Of a stretch of DNA of 64,000 nt, positions 9,364 through 18,914 are shown one piece after another (positions within the stretch are counted from its first letter, which is position 1; the number at the start of each line of letters is the position of its first letter). Source of the stretch: Dehalococcoidia bacterium (lineage in GTDB: Bacteria > Chloroflexota > Dehalococcoidia > UBA2979); contig OZ242017.1 of NCBI GenBank assembly GCA_965204835.1, positions 451,842 to 515,841 on the forward strand, given 5' to 3'. The notes under the pieces were generated by a model, which was not told the origin of the DNA, did no database searches, and saw nothing but the letters and a program-made list of their open reading frames with translations. The position numbers and the translations under genes are program-made.

Positions 9364-10659
9364 TCACCTCGCCTGCGCCGGCGTGCGCGCGAACACCACC
9401 GCCACCGCGCCGATCACCAGCGAGAGGATCGTGGCGAGGAACGCCGCCTCGTACGTCCCGGTCGAGTCCACCGACCAGCCGACGACCGGCGGCAGCCCGC
9501 CATTCACGATGCGCAGGATGAGCTGCTGCGCCCCGAAGATCGTCGCGTACGCCAGCAGGCCGAACGTGTCGGCCACCACCAGCGGCATCAACGCCCCCAC
9601 CGCGCCGAAGCCGATGCCGTAGACCGCGACGAACGGCCAGAGCAGCCACACCTCGGAGGGGCTCCGCAGCAGCAACAGGATCACGATGCCGAAGATCTGC
9701 AGCACGCAGATTGCCGCGAACCCGTAGCGCGACGGGAAGCGCTCCGAGGCGAACCCGAAGATCAGCTTGCCGAGGAACCCGAACGCGCCCAGCAGGCCCA
9801 GCGCCCCACCGGCCGTCGCCGTGCTGATCCCCACGATCTCGAGGTGCTTCCCGAGCTGGTTCAGCACCGCGAAGATCGAGGCGAAGGTGGCGACGAAGGC
9901 GAGCGTGAGCAGCCAGAACGCGGGCATGCGCAGGCTCTCCTGCCACGTCACGCCCTGGCTCCCACTCGGCGGCGGCGTCGCTCCGTCGTCGGAGCGGGAG
10001 CGCGTCGCCACGAGGAGCGCCTGCGCGGTCTGCGCCTCGCGGTCACGGCCGACGCGTCGCGCCTCCGCGATCACGTCCTCGGGCTTGTCGCGCACCCACA
10101 GCCAGATCAGCAGCGAGTTGATGACGATGATCGCGAGGCCGAAGACGAAGACCGTGGTGCGCCACCCGAAGGCGTCGATGAAGATCGCGGACATCGGCGC
10201 CATGATCACGCCGCCCGCGTTGTTTCCGGCCAGCGCGATGCCCATCATTCGCCCGCGGTCCGTGTCGAACCACAGGCCGACGAGCTTGCCCGTGCCGAGG
10301 AACGCGGCGGACTGGCCGGTGATCAGCAGCCCCTGGGCGACCCAGAGGTGCCAGATCTCCGTCATGAACGCCTCGAGGAGGAACGTCCCGCCGATCAGCG
10401 GGACGCCGAGCAGCATCGCCAGCCGCGCGCCGCGCTCGTCGATGAAGCGGCCGAGCAGCGGGCTGGTGAAGGCGAGCGGGAGCCCGATCAGGAACGAGCC
10501 ATTGATGGCGGTGAGGGACCAGCCGAGCGTCGCATCGTCCTGCCAGGCGGTGATGAAGAGGCTGAACGAGTAGAAGCTCACGCCGGTCACGGCGATCTCG
10601 GCGATGAACAGCGCCGCGATCACGTAGTAGCCGAAGTAGACGCGTCTCAGCCGCCCCAT
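9364..10659 (-). CDS. MFS transporter
   Basis: 431 aa with 12 predicted TM helices and typical MFS loop motifs. Confidence 0.8.
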   Translation of the reverse strand: MGRLRRVYFGYYVIAALFIAEIAVTGVSFYSFSLFITAWQDDATLGWSLTAINGSFLIGLPLAFTSPLLGRFIDERGARLAMLLGVPLIGGTFLLEAFMTEIWHLWVAQGLLITGQSAAFLGTGKLVGLWFDTDRGRMMGIALAGNNAGGVIMAPMSAIFIDAFGWRTTVFVFGLAIIVINSLLIWLWVRDKPEDVIAEARRVGRDREAQTAQALLVATRSRSDDGATPPPSGSQGVTWQESLRMPAFWLLTLAFVATFASIFAVLNQLGKHLEIVGISTATAGGALGLLGAFGFLGKLIFGFASERFPSRYGFAAICVLQIFGIVILLLLRSPSEVWLLWPFVAVYGIGFGAVGALMPLVVADTFGLLAYATIFGAQQLILRIVNGGLPPVVGWSVDSTGTYEAAFLATILSLVIGAVAVVFARTPAQAR

Positions 10660-10801
10660 CGCACTCGCTTCCCGGTCAGCGGGACTCGCTCAGCGGGAGC
10701 CGGGAGCCCTTGGGGACCCCGCTACCCGCACGGACACAAGCAGGGAGCCGGCCAGTTGGCCGGCTCCCGTTGTGGTCTCCGGTCCCCCGAAGGGGTTCCG
10801 A

Positions 10802-12670
10802 CTACTTGTCGATCCAGCCGTAGGCGATGATGTCGCCCCAGTCCTGGTAGATGTTCGTCGTGGAGAGCGCCCCGCCGAAGCGGATGCCGCGCAGCCACGG
10901 CTGGTAGACGAAGAAGCCGCCACCGCCGCCGATGACCGGGCGGTAGGCCTTCTCCAGCTCGTAGTTCCAGATCTCCTGGAAGATCGCCTTGCGGGCCTCG
11001 GGGTCGAGCTCCACCTGCTGCGCCTCGGTCAGCTCGTCGAGCTTCGGGTCGTTGAACCGCCAGCGGTTCCCCGGAGCCGTCGAGTGCATCGAGTTGTAGA
11101 AGTAGTTCTCGGCGTCGAAGCCGATGGTGCCCCATCCGGCGGTCGACACGTCCTCGAGCTGGCGGCCGACCCACGTCGAGTTGAACTCGGTGTAGTCGGC
11201 GGCGCCGCCCGTCATGGTGATCCCGACGTCGCGGAACATGTCCGTGAGGATGTCCGGGGTCTGCTCGTAGGCGGACGAGTACGGGAAGAAGATGTTGACC
11301 ATCTCCAGGCCCTCGGCGCCCGCGGCTGCCAGCAGCTTGCGGGACTCGTCCGGGTCGAACCGCGTCCACGGTCCGAGCAGGCCGTTCTCGACCGTCGGCT
11401 GCTCGTCCCAGACGAAGAGCCACGGGATGGCGTGCATGACCTGCCCGAGACCCTGGTAGAGGATCGTCATCAGCAGGTCGCGGTCGATCGCCAGTGAGAT
11501 CGCCTGGCGCACGCGCTCGTCCATGTACTTCGGGTTCTGCAGGTTCATGGCGAACCCGGTCCCGTTGGTGAGCGCGGTCAGGTTGATCTGGGTCTCGGGG
11601 TTGGTCTCCAGCAGGTTCTCGACCTCGCGGAGGTTACCGACGATGCCCTCGCCCGTGGCGACCTGCTCGGCGCGGAACGCCGCGAGGCGCGCGGCGCCGT
11701 CCGGCAGGTGCCGGAACTCGACGCCGTCGACCAGCACGTCGCGCTCCCAGTAGTCCGGGTTCGTGACGTAGGTGACCTTCTCGGCCTGGATGGCCTCGTC
11801 GAGGATCATCGGGCCCGTGCCCACCGCGGTGTTCTCGATCTCGCCGTTGTCCACCAACTCCTTCGGGTGGATCGACTGGTAGCAGCTCGCGAGCGGGCGG
11901 ATGAAGTCCGCGACCGCGCGCGAGAGCGTGATCGTCACGGTCTGGTTGTCCGGCGCCTCGACGCCGGCCGAGTTGAGCCAGTACCCCGTATGCACGCCCT
12001 CGACCGCGTAGCGGTCGTACGCGAACTTCACGTCCGAGGCGATGAACTGGCGCCCGTTCAGCGGGGCCACGTTCTGCCAGTAGACGTCGTCGCGGAGGTT
12101 GAACGTCAGGGACAGGCCGTCCGGCGAGCGCTCCCAGGAGTGCGCCAGCTCCGGCTCGATCTCGATGTTCGCGGGGTGCAGGTTCACGCCGCGGTTAAAC
12201 CCGAGGATCCGGTTGTAGACCATGTTGACGTAGCGGCCCGTGCCGCTCGCCGCCGTCTTCGTCGAGTCGAACGTCGAGATGTCCGTGCTCGCGCTGGAGA
12301 TGATGGTCCCGCCGGCCTTCGGCGTCTTGTCCGGCTCGGGGAAGTTGAACGGGAACGGCAGGTTCGCGTCCTGGATCAACTCGCCCCTGGGGAAGTCCGC
12401 CACCATGGCGTCGCCGTTGTCGTCACCGTCATCGGCGGCCGCCGTGGTCGTCGTCGTGGTGGTGGTCGTCGTGGACGTCGTCGATGTGCCACCGCCGCCC
12501 GAAGTCGAGCCGGCGCTGTCGTCGTCGTCGTCATCGCCGCCACAGCCCACGAGGGCGGCCGCAGCGAGGCCCGCGACTCCGATGGCGCTGCCTCGCAGTA
12601 GCGTGCGCCGGCTGGTGACGTTGCCGAACAACGTCGTCCAGTCGCGACCTTCGTCGCTATATTCCGTCAT
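10802..12670 (-). CDS. ABC transporter substrate-binding lipoprotein, family 5 (DppA/OppA-like), Tat signal
   Basis: N-terminus SRRTLLRG (twin-arginine) plus lipobox LVGC, then a poly-Asp and poly-Thr linker. SBP_bac_5-like body. GAAGGGGG precedes the ATG. Confidence 0.85.
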   Translation of the reverse strand: MTEYSDEGRDWTTLFGNVTSRRTLLRGSAIGVAGLAAAALVGCGGDDDDDDSAGSTSGGGGTSTTSTTTTTTTTTTAAADDGDDNGDAMVADFPRGELIQDANLPFPFNFPEPDKTPKAGGTIISSASTDISTFDSTKTAASGTGRYVNMVYNRILGFNRGVNLHPANIEIEPELAHSWERSPDGLSLTFNLRDDVYWQNVAPLNGRQFIASDVKFAYDRYAVEGVHTGYWLNSAGVEAPDNQTVTITLSRAVADFIRPLASCYQSIHPKELVDNGEIENTAVGTGPMILDEAIQAEKVTYVTNPDYWERDVLVDGVEFRHLPDGAARLAAFRAEQVATGEGIVGNLREVENLLETNPETQINLTALTNGTGFAMNLQNPKYMDERVRQAISLAIDRDLLMTILYQGLGQVMHAIPWLFVWDEQPTVENGLLGPWTRFDPDESRKLLAAAGAEGLEMVNIFFPYSSAYEQTPDILTDMFRDVGITMTGGAADYTEFNSTWVGRQLEDVSTAGWGTIGFDAENYFYNSMHSTAPGNRWRFNDPKLDELTEAQQVELDPEARKAIFQEIWNYELEKAYRPVIGGGGGFFVYQPWLRGIRFGGALSTTNIYQDWGDIIAYGWIDK

Positions 12671-12800
12671 GTAATGCCCCCTTCGGTTGGGTCCAGGTGC
12701 TTCGCATCCGCCTGTGCGACCCTGGGGAGGGCGCGATCGGCCGATGCGTCGTCACTTCGTACTCCCTTGCGCCCCCGAGCGCAAGTGAAACCGCGCACCG

Positions 12801-13892
12801 CTACTCGATTCCCGGCATGTCGATGGGCAGGCTGTAGCGCCGATCGCCGAGGGCGTCGACACGCTCCCAGAACGCGCTCACCGGCGCGTCCTCGAGGTTC
12901 CAGGCTTGCCGCCAGATGTTCCAGTTATCGGGATCCAGTTGCTTCGCCTCCTCGAGGAAGCGGTCGCCCTCCTCGACCTGCCCCCGCTGGCGCAGGTGCT
13001 GGCCGATGCGGAAGTGGGCGTTGGCCAGCGCAGTCTCGTCCGAGGGCAGTCGCAGGTGGGCGCGCGCGTCGGCGTCGTCCCATGCGAACTCGCTCGCCGA
13101 TCCGTTGCGGGCCCAGTCCCGGATCGCGTCCATGTAGACGAGGCGCGCGCGCCGCATCTCCTGGAACGCATCGTCGGACCACGCGCCGGTCTCACGGTCC
13201 TGTCCCCGGAAGGCGTCGTTGGTGCCGGCGTACTCGGCGGGCCGGACGATGCGCCCGTCCCGGTCGATCCACACGGCCATGGGCACGTTCACCATGTTGA
13301 ACAGCTCGGAGATCACATGGTCGCGGTCGATGAGGCTCGGGTGGGCGGGCTCGGCGGCCTCGATCCACTCGCGGGCGGCGTCCGTGCCGCGGCTGTCCAT
13401 GGCCACCGTGATCACGACGAAGTCCTCGTCGGCGAGCTCGCTGTAGAGGCGCTGCCACACGGGCAGGTCAAAGCGGCAGCCTCACCACGACGCCCACGTC
13501 ACCAGCAGCACCCGCTTGCCGCGGTAGTCCGACAGGCGGTGGACGTTGCCGTCGAGGTCGGGCAACGCGAAGTCCGGGGCCTCCAGCGAGAGCATCTCGT
13601 AGGACCGCGCGGCTGCGTCCTGGCCCAGCACCCACACCTCGCTCGCGTCGTCGCGGAGGACGGGCTTGCCCATGTGCCGCCAGAACGCGGCGATGTTCAC
13701 CGAGCCGGGCGCGACGAACTCCTCCTCGCGGCCGTACGGGACGGGGATGCAGACGGGGCCGTAACAGAAGCCCTCGGGCTTCAGCTCCCAGCCGGTCACG
13801 CGCTCGGCCTCGGCGACGTCGAGCCAGAGGGCGTCGCCTTCGGTCCGCGCCTCGATCTCGGCGGGCCCGGATTCGGTGAGCAGGGTCGTCAT
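12801..13892 (-). CDS. TlpA/redoxin-like thioredoxin-fold protein with a C-terminal helical extension, interrupted by one in-frame TGA at 13482..13484 (candidate selenocysteine or point-mutation pseudogene)
   Basis: ORFs 13482..13892 and 12801..13460 are in the same frame and separated only by TGA. The protein reads ...RVLLVTWASW-[TGA]-GCRFDLPVWQRLY.., where the TGA takes the place of the first Cys of the redoxin WCxxC motif. Confidence 0.5.
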
Positions 13893-13983
13893 GCGGTCAC
13901 TCCTCGTGCGAAGCGCGGCCGGGGCAAGCCCGTGGCGCGCGCGTCCCGTAGACTACGCCCCGCTGCGCAGAGAGGAAGCCACG

Positions 13984-14391
13984 ATGTTCAAAGTCAAGTA
14001 CCACACCGTCGCCGTGCACGACCTCGAGGAGGCCGTCGAGAACCACAAGGCGCGCTTCGGCATGGAGCCGATGGGCGAGCCGGCCCACAACGCGATCGGG
14101 AACTTCCGGTTCGTGGTCATGGGCTACAACGGCGAGACCGCGATGCACCTCATTTCCCCCGTGGACGAGAACAGCCCGATCTACCGGCTGATGCAGGACC
14201 GCGTGAACCCCCTCAACCCGCACGGCGAGGGCATCTACCAGCTCGTGTGCGAGGTCGACGACCCGGAGGCGTTCGCGCAGCAGATCGAGGCCGGCGGCGG
14301 CCGCGTCACCCGCGTCCCGAACACCGAGGCGATCTGGGTGCACCCGCTGTCGTCGAACTACGTGCTCATGGAGCTCACGAAGTCCGCGTAA
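13984..14391 (+). CDS. VOC (glyoxalase / methylmalonyl-CoA epimerase-like) family protein
   Basis: 135 aa from the internal Met MFKVKYHTVAVHDLEEAV. VOC-fold signature. Confidence 0.7.
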   Translation: MFKVKYHTVAVHDLEEAVENHKARFGMEPMGEPAHNAIGNFRFVVMGYNGETAMHLISPVDENSPIYRLMQDRVNPLNPHGEGIYQLVCEVDDPEAFAQQIEAGGGRVTRVPNTEAIWVHPLSSNYVLMELTKSA

Positions 14392-14500
14392 CCTCGCCCG
14401 CCCATCGCTGGCGCGAAGCGCCGGAGCGGGCGTAGGGTCGAGAGAGTCTGGAGCAGCCTGCCGCGCGCGGTGCGTCGCGGCGTACGCAAGGAGTCATCGC

Positions 14501-16795
14501 GTGGTTGTTGGTGAACGCCGGGAGTACAAGGTCGTGGGCGGCAGCCCGGTGCGGCCCGACGGAGTGGACAAGGTCAACGGACGAGCGATCTACGGCGCCG
14601 ACATCCGGATGCCGCGGCTGCTCTACGGCCGGGTGCTGCGCAGCCCGCACGCCCACGCCCGCATCGTGTCCATCGACACGTCGAAGGCGGAGGCGCTGCC
14701 CGGCGTGACCGCGGTCATCACCAACGCGGACTTCCCGCGCCAGGACGACACCGAGCTCGTGATGGGCGAGGGCGAGACCGCGGCCGCGCACTGGGTGCTG
14801 GACAACGTCCTCGCCTCCGACAAGGCGCTCTACCGCGGCCACGCCGTGGCCGCCGTCGCCGCGAACGACCCGCACGTCGCCGAGGACGCCATCGGCCTCA
14901 TCGACGTCGAGTACGAGGTGCTCGAAGCGGTGATGGACGTGCAGTACGCGATGGAGGAAGACGCGCCGGTCATCCACGAGAGCATCACGACCGAGCAGGT
15001 CTTCGGCTTCTTCGGCGCCGAGGGCTCCGAGGAGTACGGCAACCGCCCCTCCAACGTCGCCAAGCGCATCGAGTTCGCCCAGGGCGACCTCGACGCCGGC
15101 TTCGCCGAGGCAGACGTGGTGCTGGAGCGCGAGTTCGACACGCCGATGTACCACCAGGGCTACATCGAGCCGCACAACGGCACGGCGCTGTGGAGCGAGG
15201 ACGGCCAGATCAACGTCTGGGTCAGCACCCAGGCGTACTTCGGCGTCCGCGACCAGCTCTCGCAGCTGCTGAGCTACCCGGTCTCCAAGATCCGCGTGAA
15301 CCCCGTCGAGATCGGCGGCGGCTTCGGCGGCAAGACCTCCGTCTACATGGAGCCGCTGGCCGCCATGCTCTCCCGCGAGAGCGGCCACCGTCCGGTGAAG
15401 ATGTACATGGGCCGCGACGAGGTCTTCGAGGGCACCGGCCCCACCTCCGGCACCCACATGCGCGTGCGCATCGGCGCGAAGCGCGACGGCACCATCACGG
15501 CCCTCGACTGGGAAGGCGCGTACGAGTCCGGCGCCTACCCGGGCTCGGCGTTCAGCGCCGGGGCGATGTGCGCCACGGCCCCCTACAACATCGAGACCTA
15601 CCGCGCCGTGGCGTGGGACGTGGTCGTGAACAAGCCACGCGTGCAGGCGTACCGCGCCCCGGCAGCCCCGGCTGCTGAGTGGGCGGTCGAGTCGATGGTG
15701 GATGAGCTCGCGCAGGAGCTGGACATCGACCCGCTTGAGCTGCGCCTCAACAACGCGATGGTCGAGGGTGGACGCCGCGTCGACGGCGTCGCGTTCGGCC
15801 CCATCGGCAACGTCGCCTGCCTCGAGGCGATCCGGGACTCCGAGCACTATCGCTCCGAGCTGAGCGGCGAGAACCGCGGCCGCGGCGTGGCCACGGGCTT
15901 CTGGTTCAACGTCGGCATGGAGTCCTCGGCGTTCGCGGCGGTCAACGCCGACGGGCGGCTGAGCCTGAACATCGGCTCGGCGGACATCGGCGGCAGCCGC
16001 GCCTCGCTGGCGATGCAGTTCGCCGAGGCGATGGGCGTGGCCTACGAGGACGTGGTCCCGCAGACGGTCAACACCGACTCGGTGGGCTACACCCTCCCGA
16101 CCGTCGGCAGCCGCACGACGTTCGCCGGCGGCTGGGCCGTCTACGAAACAGCGATGGAGTTGCGTCGCAAGCTCGAGGAGCGCACGGCCGAGATCTGGGA
16201 GTGCGCGGCGGACGACGTCAGCTACGACGACGACGCCGTGCTGCGCGGCCCCGACGGGCAGGAGATCAGCCTCACCGAGCTCGCCGGCAAGCTGCAGGAG
16301 ACCGGCGGCCTCATCCAGGCCCGCGCCGACGTCTCCCCGGCGACCGCCGGCCCCGCCTTCGCGACGCACGTCGTGGACGTCGAGGTCGACCCGGAGACCG
16401 GCAAGGTCGACGTGCTCCGCTACACAGCGGCGCAGGACGTCGGCACGGCCATCCACCGCGACTACGTCGAGGGGCAGATCCAGGGCGGCGCCGCGCAGGG
16501 CGCGGGCATGGCGCTGACCGAGGAGTACCTCTTCAACGACGACGGCAACATGGTCAACTCGACGCTGCTCGACTACCGCATGCCGACGGCGCTCGACCTG
16601 CCGATGATCGAGGCGCTGATCGTCGAGGTGCCGAACCCCGGCCACCCCTACGGCGTGCGCGGCGTCGGCGAGGTGGGCATCATCCCGCCGCTCGCGGCAG
16701 TCACGAACGCCATCCGTGACGCGATCGGCGTGCGTGCGACCGAGATCCCCGCCTCGCCGCAGCGCATCCTCGAGATGCTGGAGGATGAGGCGTAG
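14501..16795 (+). CDS. xanthine dehydrogenase/aldehyde oxidase family molybdopterin-binding large subunit
   Basis: 764 aa with N-terminal KVNGRAIYGADI and the MoCo-binding domains. AAGGAG is 7 nt before the GTG. No FAD or 2Fe-2S subunit genes are adjacent. Confidence 0.85.
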   Translation: MVVGERREYKVVGGSPVRPDGVDKVNGRAIYGADIRMPRLLYGRVLRSPHAHARIVSIDTSKAEALPGVTAVITNADFPRQDDTELVMGEGETAAAHWVLDNVLASDKALYRGHAVAAVAANDPHVAEDAIGLIDVEYEVLEAVMDVQYAMEEDAPVIHESITTEQVFGFFGAEGSEEYGNRPSNVAKRIEFAQGDLDAGFAEADVVLEREFDTPMYHQGYIEPHNGTALWSEDGQINVWVSTQAYFGVRDQLSQLLSYPVSKIRVNPVEIGGGFGGKTSVYMEPLAAMLSRESGHRPVKMYMGRDEVFEGTGPTSGTHMRVRIGAKRDGTITALDWEGAYESGAYPGSAFSAGAMCATAPYNIETYRAVAWDVVVNKPRVQAYRAPAAPAAEWAVESMVDELAQELDIDPLELRLNNAMVEGGRRVDGVAFGPIGNVACLEAIRDSEHYRSELSGENRGRGVATGFWFNVGMESSAFAAVNADGRLSLNIGSADIGGSRASLAMQFAEAMGVAYEDVVPQTVNTDSVGYTLPTVGSRTTFAGGWAVYETAMELRRKLEERTAEIWECAADDVSYDDDAVLRGPDGQEISLTELAGKLQETGGLIQARADVSPATAGPAFATHVVDVEVDPETGKVDVLRYTAAQDVGTAIHRDYVEGQIQGGAAQGAGMALTEEYLFNDDGNMVNSTLLDYRMPTALDLPMIEALIVEVPNPGHPYGVRGVGEVGIIPPLAAVTNAIRDAIGVRATEIPASPQRILEMLEDEA

Positions 16796-16896
16796 CCTCG
16801 ACGCCCAACGGCACGAAGGCATCGGGCCCGCTCCGTGAGGAGCGGGCCCGGTCTTGTCCCGATGTGGCGAGCCGTTCGCGCAGGCTCCCTCGCCGC

Positions 16897-18711
16897 CTAC
16901 TTGTCGAGCCAGGCGTCCTGGATCTGGGCAGCGATCTCGGTGAACGAGTAGTTGATGCCCAGCGGACCCACGAACCGGACGCCTCGCAGCCATGGCTGGT
17001 AGAGGCTCCAGTACTGGGGAGCCGGCATGTCGATGCGGTACACCCGCTCGTGCATGCGATCCCAGATGTTGCGATGCAACTCCTTGCGCGCCTCCGGGTC
17101 GAGCTCGACCTTCTGCGCCTCCGCCCATGCGTCGATCTGCGGGTCCTCGATGTTGTAGCGGTTGGCCGCGGACTCGGAGTGGACCTGGGCGAAGAAGAAC
17201 GTGTCGGCGTCGAAGCCGTTGGCAGACCAGCCGTAGATCACGTCCTCGTAGGTGACCTGGATCAGCTGCGAGTTGTAGGACGTGTAGTCGAGCTTGGTGA
17301 CCTCGGCGTTGACGCCGACCGCGCCGAACAGCTCCTGCAGGATCTCGGCGAGCTGATCCCATGTCGCCGCGTAGTTGTGGTAGATCATCTCGAACGAGAG
17401 GTTCTCGGCGCCCGCTGCCTGCAGCAGCTTCTTCGCCTCGTCGGGCCGGTAGCCCCACCACTCGCCCAGCAGCCCCGACTCCGGCGTGGGCTCCTCGTCG
17501 AAGAGGAAGAACCACGGCAGGGTCGAGACCTGCGCTCCGTAGCCCTCGTAGGCGAGTTCGATCATGAAGTCGCGGTCCAGCGCCAGCGACAGCGCCCGGC
17601 GCACGCGCTCGTCCTGGTACGTCGAGACGGTCTTCATGTTGAAGGCGATCTGCGTCCCGGAGTTGACCGTCGGGCTCCACGTCCCCTTCACGTCCGGGTT
17701 CGTCTCCAGCAGCGCGTCGAGGTCCGCGACGGTGCTGGTCACGATCATCGCGTGATCGACCTGGTTCACGCGCATCGCCGCGCGCCGGGCTTGCTGGTCC
17801 TGCATCACGAGATGCTCGAGACCGTCCAGGAGCACCTCCTGCTGGAAGTAGTCCGGGTTCTTGGCGTAGAGCACGCGCTCGCCCGGCGACGACTCCTGCA
17901 TGATCATCGGCCCGGTGCCGATGGCGCGTTGCTCGATCGTCCCATCGTCGACGATCTCGCGAGGGTGGATCGTGAGATATCGGCTGGCGATCGGCGTGAG
18001 GAAGTCCGGCTGAGGCGACTTCATGTTCACCACGACCGTCAGGTCGTCCGGCGCCTCGATGCTGCTCACCGCGGTGAAGTACTGCGACTGCGCTCCACCC
18101 GCCGCGTAGCGGTCCCACGCGAACTTCACGTCGGCCGAGGTGAGGTCGCGGCCGTTCGTCGGGTCCACGTTATGGAACTTCACGCCATCGTTGAGGTGGA
18201 ACGTGTAGGACAGCCCGTCCTCCGCCCGTTCCCACGACTCCGCCAGTTCCGGCCGGAACTCGATCTTGAACGGGTCGGCGTCCGGGCCGGACACGAACCC
18301 GATCACCCGGTTGTAGGCCGCGCGACCGGGGGCGATCGTGCCACCCGCGGCCGAGACCGTCGGGTCGATCGGCCCGACGTTCCACGCGACGGCCTGCTTC
18401 AGTACGCCGCCCGGTTTCGGCGTGGCGCCCTCGGGCTCCGGGAACTGCAACGGGATCACGTTGCCGGCGGGTGTGACGAGCCCCTCGGGCTCGTCGGCCG
18501 CGGGCGCCTCGGTGGCCGCCGCGACCTGCGTGGCCGTCTCGGCCGGGGCCGCGGGCGCAACCGCGTCGTCGTCATCGTCGTCATCGCCGCCGCAGCCGAT
18601 CAAGGCCGCCGCAGCCAGACCCACTCCTCCGAGCAGGGCACCTCGCAACAGCGTCCGCCGGCCGTGCGCCGTCGCCCACCACTCGTCTGTGTACCGTGTA
18701 TCGCTGGCCAT
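16897..18711 (-). CDS. ABC transporter substrate-binding lipoprotein, family 5, Tat signal (paralog of 10802..12670)
   Basis: N-terminus GRRTLLRG plus lipobox LIGC, then a poly-Asp linker. GGAAGGAGGG precedes the ATG. Confidence 0.85.
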   Translation of the reverse strand: MASDTRYTDEWWATAHGRRTLLRGALLGGVGLAAAALIGCGGDDDDDDDAVAPAAPAETATQVAAATEAPAADEPEGLVTPAGNVIPLQFPEPEGATPKPGGVLKQAVAWNVGPIDPTVSAAGGTIAPGRAAYNRVIGFVSGPDADPFKIEFRPELAESWERAEDGLSYTFHLNDGVKFHNVDPTNGRDLTSADVKFAWDRYAAGGAQSQYFTAVSSIEAPDDLTVVVNMKSPQPDFLTPIASRYLTIHPREIVDDGTIEQRAIGTGPMIMQESSPGERVLYAKNPDYFQQEVLLDGLEHLVMQDQQARRAAMRVNQVDHAMIVTSTVADLDALLETNPDVKGTWSPTVNSGTQIAFNMKTVSTYQDERVRRALSLALDRDFMIELAYEGYGAQVSTLPWFFLFDEEPTPESGLLGEWWGYRPDEAKKLLQAAGAENLSFEMIYHNYAATWDQLAEILQELFGAVGVNAEVTKLDYTSYNSQLIQVTYEDVIYGWSANGFDADTFFFAQVHSESAANRYNIEDPQIDAWAEAQKVELDPEARKELHRNIWDRMHERVYRIDMPAPQYWSLYQPWLRGVRFVGPLGINYSFTEIAAQIQDAWLDK

Positions 18712-18914
18712 GAAGGCCCTCCTTCCGCGGCGCCGCGGAAGGGCCGCCCGCGCACATGGCCCGGATCAGGCGCAGGCTGCGCCTGTGGGCCGCTCCCGCG
18801 AGCACGGAGTCATCCTACACTTCTCGGAATAACATTTGTTGTTGTTTCTGAACGTAACGGGACAGAACTCGCCAGTTGGAATCCGGGTTCAGGTCCTGTG
18901 CGCGCGGCGGTCCG

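Noticed and set aside
12240-12674. 144-aa plus-strand ORF with a poly-Val run
   Set aside because: Antisense to the poly-Asp/poly-Thr linker of the SBP gene (GAC/ACC codon runs read backwards).
12757-12776. Hairpin CTTGCGC-ccccga-GCGCAAG downstream of the redoxin gene, considered as a terminator
   Set aside because: No U-tract follows on the relevant strand. It may simply be a chance GC-rich palindrome, so it is not reported as a feature.
14375-18118. 1247-aa ORF on the minus strand
   Set aside because: Antisense shadow frame running through the xanthine-dehydrogenase-like gene and the SBP gene. Arg/Ala/Gly-rich composition typical of the wrong frame in ~70% GC DNA, with no domain signatures.
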